Positions 1-6,638 of a DNA stretch of 36,515 nt are shown in pieces. The DNA is from an uncultured Alphaproteobacteria bacterium (GTDB lineage Bacteria; Electryoneota; RPQS01). How positions within the stretch are numbered: the stretch's first letter is position 1; every line of letters begins with the position of its first letter. Both the position numbers and the translations under genes were made by a program. A model generated the notes under the pieces. It worked only from the letters and a program-made list of their open reading frames with translations, was not told the DNA's origin and ran no database searches. The stretch covers positions 31,403 to 67,917 of the forward strand of contig CAZGVT010000001.1 in assembly GCA_964529255.1 (NCBI GenBank). The letters run 5' to 3'.

Positions 1-9
1 CGAAATGAA

Positions 10-38
10 GGGCTGGCCGAAGGGTCAGTCCTTTTTTT
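10..38 (+). terminator. Rho-independent terminator of an off-window upstream gene
   Basis: GGGCTGGCC (10-18), GAAG loop, GGTCAGTCC (23-31): 9-bp stem with two G-U pairs, followed by T7 (32-38). Confidence 0.6.
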
Positions 39-152
39 GTGGCCTCTTTCGGGACGAAGCGGCGCACATTAACGGTCGGCGGTTATTCTAAGCTTATTAC
101 AGATTGGGGATTACCGGGCTCTTTCGGATGTAAAAAGAGCTTTTGGCATGGC

Positions 153-181
153 TTGACATCGTAGTGAAAATCGCCTAAGGT
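153..181 (+). promoter_or_regulatory. Sigma70-like promoter for the fibre-gene array
   Basis: TTGACA (153-158), 17-nt spacer, TAAGGT (176-181). GGAG (221-224) lies ahead of the ATG at 235. Confidence 0.45.
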
Positions 182-234
182 ATGTCATGCAAATCCGACC
201 TTTGCGGAGAACTAATATCTGGAGACGATCCACT

Positions 235-2181
235 ATGAAACGCATGCTACCTGTTGTCTACGGAGTGCTGCTCACTTTCCAGCTCTCGTCGGCCGTTCCG
301 CAGCTCATCAACTATCAGGGCCAGTTGACCCACCCCAATGGTTCGCCGCACGACACGACCGTGGCGATGACGTTTCGCTTGTACGGCGTGGAGTTTGGTG
401 GTGCCGCGGTATGGACGGAGAACCACGCGGCGGTTCCGGTCGTGGAAGGGCTGTTTCACGTCGTACTCGGCTCGCAGAATTCTCTCGATGACTTCTTTGC
501 GATTGATCGCTGGCTGGGAGTGACCGTTGGATCCGATAGTGAAATGACTCCTCGGCAGCAGTTGGTTTCCGTTGCCCATGCGTATCGCGTTGGGACAGTG
601 GACGGTGCGACGGGCGGATATGTGAGCGGCAAACTGAATGTGGGAAGTAACAATGACAATGCCGGGGACTATGCCAATGTGTTTGGAGAGAATAATGCGG
701 CAAGTGGATTGAACTCAGCCGTCGGCGGTGGAAAGCACAACCACGCGCGCGGACAATACAGCCTGGTCGCCGGTGGTGGTGGGCCATCGGAAGTAGATTC
801 TAACAGCGCCCTTGGATCAATCAGCACGGTCGGCGGCGGTCAACGCAACCGGGCGTCCAATAATGTCACTACGGTGGCCGGCGGATTTTCTAACCATGCT
901 TCAGGGTTAGGGGCGACCATCTCTGGCGGGAGCGAGCACAATGCCTCGGGCAACGGGGCGACCATAAGCGGCGGAGCCTCGAATCTGGCAACGGGTACAT
1001 CTGCTACTGTTGGGGGCGGATTTGCCAACGAGGTGACAAACTTTATGGCCACGGTATCCGGGGGACTTGATAATACGGCGTCTGGATCGCAATCTGTGGT
1101 TGCCGGAGGACATTTGAATCTGGCAGCGGGGGCGAATGCCGCGATTGGAGGAGGAGAGTATAATCTGGCCTCGGACTCGGCGGCAACCATCGGCGGCGGA
1201 TCTCACAACTATGCTCGCGGAAAATATAGTGTCATTGCCGGTGGCGGCAGTTCGTCACCCTCCGACTCTAATAGCACCTCCGGACTCGCATGCGTCATCG
1301 GCGGTGGAGTACGAAATCAAGCCACTAACACTCTGGCAGTCGTTGCGGGCGGCGCCGATAATCTTGCGTCCGGATTTGGAGCTGCAATCGGTGGCGGCTA
1401 CAACAATCGCGCAACCGGGCAATTCGAGCCGACCGTGGGCGGCGGCAATGGCAACAACGCTACCAACTCATCTGCCACCGTGTCCGGCGGCGAAGATAAC
1501 ATGGCAGGAGGCTATGCGGCCACCGTCTCGGGCGGATACCAGAATACCGCTTCAGGACAATACGCGACCGTTACGGGCGGCTATCAAAACGCGGCCGCGG
1601 GATTCAACTCTCTCGCGTGCGGGAACTGGGCCCGCGCGGATCATCCGTGGTCTTTTGTTTGGGGGAGCAGCAGCACGGGCAGCCTCACCCAATCTCCCGG
1701 AGATTACACGGTAAGCTTTCGCTGCGAGAATGGCGCGCGTTTTTATACCGCAGCTTCCGGCGGAGCCAGCGGGGTAGGGCTGTCCCCGGGCGGCGGGGCG
1801 TGGTTCAACCTGAGTGATTCCACTAAAAAAGAGAATTTCAGTAGCGTGAACACGCAAGAGATTCTCGACAAGGTGACCCGGCTTCCGTTAACCGAATGGA
1901 ATTACAAGACACAAGACCCTAACACTCGTCACATCGGCCCCATGGCCCAGGACTTCTGGAATGCGTTTCATCTCGGAGAGAGCGACACAACCATTTCCAC
2001 GCTCGATCCGGATGGAATTGCGCTGGCGGCGATCCAGGAGCTGGCGAAGGAAAACGACCTTTTGAAAAGTGAACTGGCGTCGCAAGCGACGCGCTACGAT
2101 CGGGATATGGCCGAGCTGCGGAAGATGGTGCAGACACTGATGGCGGATAGACAACAGTCGTCGCAGACGACAAAGGAGTGA
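235..2181 (+). CDS. Secreted fibre protein 1: conserved N-domain, GGxxNxA beta-roll repeats, C-terminal peptidase S74 (intramolecular chaperone) domain
   Basis: ORF 187-2181. The ATG at 235 gives signal peptide MKRMLPVVYGVLLTFQLSSA/VPQ and has an SD. N-domain motif INYQGQLT..PLDTTVAMTF..W.E.H..V.V..GLF. About 14-15-aa repeats (ATVGGGxxNxASG). S74 hallmark LSDSTKK (Ser-x4-Lys, from ~1813) plus HIGPMAQDFWNAF...DPDGIALAAIQELAKEN. Confidence 0.85.
   Translation: MKRMLPVVYGVLLTFQLSSAVPQLINYQGQLTHPNGSPHDTTVAMTFRLYGVEFGGAAVWTENHAAVPVVEGLFHVVLGSQNSLDDFFAIDRWLGVTVGSDSEMTPRQQLVSVAHAYRVGTVDGATGGYVSGKLNVGSNNDNAGDYANVFGENNAASGLNSAVGGGKHNHARGQYSLVAGGGGPSEVDSNSALGSISTVGGGQRNRASNNVTTVAGGFSNHASGLGATISGGSEHNASGNGATISGGASNLATGTSATVGGGFANEVTNFMATVSGGLDNTASGSQSVVAGGHLNLAAGANAAIGGGEYNLASDSAATIGGGSHNYARGKYSVIAGGGSSSPSDSNSTSGLACVIGGGVRNQATNTLAVVAGGADNLASGFGAAIGGGYNNRATGQFEPTVGGGNGNNATNSSATVSGGEDNMAGGYAATVSGGYQNTASGQYATVTGGYQNAAAGFNSLACGNWARADHPWSFVWGSSSTGSLTQSPGDYTVSFRCENGARFYTAASGGASGVGLSPGGGAWFNLSDSTKKENFSSVNTQEILDKVTRLPLTEWNYKTQDPNTRHIGPMAQDFWNAFHLGESDTTISTLDPDGIALAAIQELAKENDLLKSELASQATRYDRDMAELRKMVQTLMADRQQSSQTTKE
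2045..2156. repeat. Near-identical tract shared with 6486-6597 (3' tails of fibre genes 1 and 3)
   Basis: 81 nt are identical (2045-2125 = 6486-6566), then about 3 mismatches over the next ~30 nt. The rest of the two S74 domains is clearly more diverged. Confidence 0.85.
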
Positions 2182-2185
2182 AGCG

Positions 2186-4210
2186 GTGATGAATTACGTC
2201 TCTATGATCTGTGCGATGTTGGTCGCAACGATGGCATGGTCAGTTCACGCCGTGCCGCTGCAGATCAACTACCAGGGCTCCCTGGCAAGTCCTGTCGGAG
2301 TACCGCTGGATACATCGGTAGCGATGACATTCAGAATGTACAACAATTCCGTTGGCGGAGCGCAACTCTGGGCTGAGACTCACCCCTCGGTCACGGTTAC
2401 GAACGGTCTTTTTCTCGCGCAGCTTGGTTCGCTCGCTAGTCTAACGGACGTCATTTTCAATCAATCACAGGTCTGGCTGGGGGTCACCGTCGGGTCAAAC
2501 AGCGAAATGACTCCGCGGACTCAAGTGGCATCGGTCGCCTATTCCTACTACACCAGCACTGTACACGCGGCTACGGGAGGCGCCATCACCGGCAACGTCA
2601 ATATTGTGGGCAAGGGAAACATCGGAACCGGGAACTCCAATGGCGGAGGAAACGCTTTTGTGGTTGGCTCCAATAATAATGCGAGCGGGCCAAATTCTGT
2701 GATAACGGGAGGAGAGAACAATGTTGCGTCAGGGAATCATGCCGCTGTTGTGAGCGGATCATACAACCGGGCAGAATCCATGTATACTCACGTTGCTGGT
2801 GGAGACAGCAATGTCGCGCTGGGCGACTTCTCAACCATCAACGGAGGGCAGCTCAATCAAACCAGCCTGCCGTACAGCGTAATCAGTGGCGGACTAAATA
2901 ACTCCGCAACCGGGTTCAATTCAACGATCGGCGGCGGGTACGACAATGTGTGTGGGGGTGCCGGAGCCTTTCTGGGCGGAGGCAGTTCCAATAGTTCCAG
3001 CGGAACAGCGTCCTTCTTGGGTGGCGGCGGTTCAAATGCCGCAAGTCAAAACTTTTCAGCGGTGGTCTGCGGATCGGGTAATCAGGCCACGGGGCGTAAC
3101 TCGGCGCTTGTCGGTGGTGAATCGAATATCGCTATCGGCGATTTTTCGTTCGTCGGCGGAGGCGGCTACAATCGCGCCCATGCAGCTCATTCGGTAATCG
3201 GCGGTGGCGGTGGTATCGCTGAATTCGACTCGAATTCTATTGCCCCGTCGGGCGCGTACTGCTTCATCGGAGGGGGCCACCGAAACTACATCAGCAATCC
3301 CGAAGCCGTTGTCGTGGGGGGAACTTCAAACCATGCCGATGGCCACGCTTTTGTCGGCGGAGGGTACGGCAACGACGCCTCAGGCAACTACTCAACGATC
3401 GGAGGTGGGGCCCTCAATACTTCAGCCGGTGCCTACTCAGTAATCGGCGCCGGGCGAGAGAATGCAACGAACGATACTGCTGCAACGGTGGCGGGCGGAC
3501 GGAATTGCCGTGCTCTCGGTCGCTACTCCGCAGTACTCGGGGGCGGAGGGCCTTCCGCCGCCGACTCAAACACGGCGTCGGGCGGCTGGTCCACGGTACT
3601 GGGCGGGCGCGCATCGAGGGCGACGGCTGACTATGCCGTGGCATTGGGTCGCAAGGCGTTGGCCATGCACACGGGCAGCATTGTGATTACTGACGGCAAT
3701 GACATCGCGTTCAACTCCACCGCGGACAACCAGTGTATCATCCGGGCCAGTGGCGGAACAACAATTTACTCCGCCGCATTGCCGTTCTCCGGGGTTTCAC
3801 TTTCCGCCGGCGGAAACGCGTGGGTTGGAGTCTCCGACAGCACGAAGAAACGGGATATTCGGTTGACAGATACGAAGGCCGTGCTGGAGAAGTTTGCTGC
3901 GTTACCGATCAAGAACTGGGAGTACAAGTCGGAAGCGGAAGGGATTGAGCACATCGGCCCGATGGCCCAAGATTTCTGGAATGCGTTTCGCTTGGGGTCA
4001 GATTCGCTGGGCATCGCGACGAACGATGCGGACGGAGTCTTGTTCGCGGCCGTGCAGGAGCTGGCGAAACAAAACGACAAACTGCAAACGTCAAATGACA
4101 ATCAAGAAGCCACAATTGCGGGAATGAAGGTAGATATCGCCGAGTTGCGGAAGATGGTGCAGAATTTGATGGCGGAGAAACAGCAGTTAAATTTCACAGT
4201 GAAGGAGTGA
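2186..4210 (+). CDS. Secreted fibre protein 2 (paralog), S74 C-terminal domain
   Basis: GTG 2186 / ATG 2189 lie 7-10 nt after AAGGAG (2173-2178). Signal peptide ...MAWSVHA/VPLQINYQG. Same repeat body. VSDSTKKRD (~3833) plus HIGPMAQDFWNAF. Confidence 0.85.
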   Translation: MMNYVSMICAMLVATMAWSVHAVPLQINYQGSLASPVGVPLDTSVAMTFRMYNNSVGGAQLWAETHPSVTVTNGLFLAQLGSLASLTDVIFNQSQVWLGVTVGSNSEMTPRTQVASVAYSYYTSTVHAATGGAITGNVNIVGKGNIGTGNSNGGGNAFVVGSNNNASGPNSVITGGENNVASGNHAAVVSGSYNRAESMYTHVAGGDSNVALGDFSTINGGQLNQTSLPYSVISGGLNNSATGFNSTIGGGYDNVCGGAGAFLGGGSSNSSSGTASFLGGGGSNAASQNFSAVVCGSGNQATGRNSALVGGESNIAIGDFSFVGGGGYNRAHAAHSVIGGGGGIAEFDSNSIAPSGAYCFIGGGHRNYISNPEAVVVGGTSNHADGHAFVGGGYGNDASGNYSTIGGGALNTSAGAYSVIGAGRENATNDTAATVAGGRNCRALGRYSAVLGGGGPSAADSNTASGGWSTVLGGRASRATADYAVALGRKALAMHTGSIVITDGNDIAFNSTADNQCIIRASGGTTIYSAALPFSGVSLSAGGNAWVGVSDSTKKRDIRLTDTKAVLEKFAALPIKNWEYKSEAEGIEHIGPMAQDFWNAFRLGSDSLGIATNDADGVLFAAVQELAKQNDKLQTSNDNQEATIAGMKVDIAELRKMVQNLMAEKQQLNFTVKE

Positions 4211-4217
4211 CCGAGCT

Positions 4218-6632
4218 ATGATACGCGCGAGTTTGATTTCAATGATCTTTATAGTCAGCAGCGCGCTGGCAGTTCCGCAGCAGATCAATTATCAGGGACA
4301 GCTCACCCGCCCTGACGGCACGCCGCTCGATACAACCGTGGCGATGACGTTCAAACTCCATACGGATTCGCTTGCCGGCAGTTTGCTCTGGTCGGAGACG
4401 CATGGTGCGGTATCCAGTACGGCAGGGTTGTTCAGCGTGCGGCTCGGCGAAAGTGTATTGCTTGGCGATGATCTTTTGAATTTTCCTGCGGTATGGCTGG
4501 GAGTGACGGTGGGTACCAACAGCGAAATGACGCCGCGCACACGTATTGTTTCGGTGGGATATGCTTATCGAGTGGCGACCATTGACGGAGCCAATGGCGG
4601 TTTAGTGTTGGGAGATGTCAGAATATCGGGAAGGCTTAACGTGGGGACTTCCAATGCCAATACAGGAGTACTCGCCAATGTGCTTGGCACAGGGAACAGT
4701 GCACTGGATTCGGGAGCGACAGTTACTGGCGGAATGTGGAATTATGCCTTGGGCGCTTACTCCACTGTTAGCGGAGGAAAAAGTGATTCCGCTTTGTGGC
4801 ACTACGCTACAGTCGGTGGCGGATTCAGCAATGCAGCGCGGGATTTCTTCGCGACCGTGTGCGGTGGCGACCACAACTCAGCCGGGGGCGGAGCGTTTGT
4901 CGGCGGCGGTTCCTCGAACACCGCGCAAGCAGCCAATTCGATGATAGGCGGCGGGTATGGAAATTTGGCGGCCGGAAGTGCTTCTGCAATCGGCGGCGGA
5001 CAATACAACATGGCCCGGGGGAATTATGCCGTCGTTGCCGGGGGCGGCGGACCGGCTGTAGCCGACTCGAACTCCGCAGGCGGCGGCTATTCCGCGATCG
5101 GCGGCGGCATTCGCAACACGGCTTCGGGATGGTATGCCACGACGGGTGGAGGACAGGAGAATTCGGCAGGCGACTATGGGGCAGTGGGCGGAGGCTATAG
5201 AAATGCCGCCACGCAATTCGGCGCGACGGTTGGCGGGGGTTACATTAATACTGCTTCGGCTAATGTTGCGACTGTGAGCGGCGGAACTCTTAACGCCGCC
5301 TCGAACGCCGGTGCGACGGTGAGTGGCGGAACTGACAACATAGCGTCGGGCCAAACGGCGACAGTGGGCGGCGGAGACGGGAATGTGGCTTCAGGCCAAA
5401 CGGCGACAGTGGGCGGAGGAGATCGGAACGAAGCATCGAGCAACTATGCGACGGTGGGCGGTGGTTCCCTGAACTCGGCGTCGGATATCTCAGCGACGGT
5501 GGGCGGTGGCCTTTCCAACACCGCCTCAAGTCCCAGTACAACCGTGAGCGGTGGCTACAGCAACACGGCCTTGGGCTGGAATTCAACGATTGGCGGTGGT
5601 TACGGCAATACGGCCCAGGGTGACGGCGCGACGGTGGGCGGCGGCGGATATAATTTTGCGCGCGGCAGTTATTCGGTTGTGGCGGGAGGTGGGGGCGGAT
5701 CGGCGACAGACTCCAACTCAGCCAAAGGCACCGGCTCTGTAATCGGCGGCGGAGCGCAGAATCTCACCAATGACGATTACAATGTGATCGGTGGAGGGTT
5801 GGACAACACAACCAGCACCGATTACGCCACCATCGCAGGTGGCGCGGACAATGTCGTCCACGGTGTCTACGGTTTCATCGGCGGTGGCCATGAGAATGCT
5901 GCGGGAATAGACGGCGTAGTCGGTGGCGGTCACTATTGCAAAGCACGCGGCAACTACTCCGTCGTGGCCGGCGGGGGTGGGGGTACGTTTGCCGATTCCA
6001 ACTCTGCGGCGGGAACCTGCGCGATGATTCCGGGCGGTCAAGCCTGTCAGGCGGACGGAAACTACTCCTTCGCGGCGGGCAGAAAGGCGAAGGCCTTGAA
6101 TCAGGGGAGCTTTGTGTGGGGGGACGGCAATAATGCGGTGATTCAGGACAGTGCATCCAACCAATTTCGTGTACGCGCATCGGGCGGAGTCTGGTTTTAC
6201 TCGAACTCGGGTCTGACGTCCGGCACGCGCCTGCCGTCCGGAGCAAACGCATTCACCACGCTTTCCGACTCGACCAGAAAACGAAACATCAGAAACGTGG
6301 ACACGAAACGGGTGCTTGAAAAAGTGGCCGCGATGCCCGTGAAGCAATGGAGCTATGACACGCAAGATCCGGCTATCGAGCACATCGGCCCGATGGCACA
6401 GGACTTCTGGAGTGCATTTAAATTGGGCGATGATTCACTCTCAATCTCGACGATTGATCCGAGCGGGATAGCTCTGGCGGCGATTCAGGAGCTGGCGAAG
6501 GAAAACGACCTTTTGAAAAGTGAACTGGCGTCGCAAGCGACGCGCTACGATCGGGATATGGCCGAGTTGCGGAAGATGGTGCAGACGCTGATGGCGGATA
6601 GGCAAGAATCCTCAAATGCGAAGAAGGAGTAA
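4218..6632 (+). CDS. Secreted fibre protein 3 (paralog), S74 C-terminal domain
   Basis: ATG lies 10 nt after AAGGAG (4202-4207). Signal peptide MIRASLISMIFIVSSALA/VPQQINYQG. Repeat body with an internal near-exact 45-nt duplication (5349-5371 / 5394-5416). LSDSTRKRN (~6264) plus HIGPMAQDFWSAF. Confidence 0.85.
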   Translation: MIRASLISMIFIVSSALAVPQQINYQGQLTRPDGTPLDTTVAMTFKLHTDSLAGSLLWSETHGAVSSTAGLFSVRLGESVLLGDDLLNFPAVWLGVTVGTNSEMTPRTRIVSVGYAYRVATIDGANGGLVLGDVRISGRLNVGTSNANTGVLANVLGTGNSALDSGATVTGGMWNYALGAYSTVSGGKSDSALWHYATVGGGFSNAARDFFATVCGGDHNSAGGGAFVGGGSSNTAQAANSMIGGGYGNLAAGSASAIGGGQYNMARGNYAVVAGGGGPAVADSNSAGGGYSAIGGGIRNTASGWYATTGGGQENSAGDYGAVGGGYRNAATQFGATVGGGYINTASANVATVSGGTLNAASNAGATVSGGTDNIASGQTATVGGGDGNVASGQTATVGGGDRNEASSNYATVGGGSLNSASDISATVGGGLSNTASSPSTTVSGGYSNTALGWNSTIGGGYGNTAQGDGATVGGGGYNFARGSYSVVAGGGGGSATDSNSAKGTGSVIGGGAQNLTNDDYNVIGGGLDNTTSTDYATIAGGADNVVHGVYGFIGGGHENAAGIDGVVGGGHYCKARGNYSVVAGGGGGTFADSNSAAGTCAMIPGGQACQADGNYSFAAGRKAKALNQGSFVWGDGNNAVIQDSASNQFRVRASGGVWFYSNSGLTSGTRLPSGANAFTTLSDSTRKRNIRNVDTKRVLEKVAAMPVKQWSYDTQDPAIEHIGPMAQDFWSAFKLGDDSLSISTIDPSGIALAAIQELAKENDLLKSELASQATRYDRDMAELRKMVQTLMADRQESSNAKKE
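6486..6597. repeat. Partner copy of the 2045-2156 tract
   Basis: See 2045-2156. Both encode ...QELAKENDLLKSELASQATRYDRDMAELRKMVQTLMADRQ. Confidence 0.85.
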
Positions 6633-6638
6633 GGAAAA

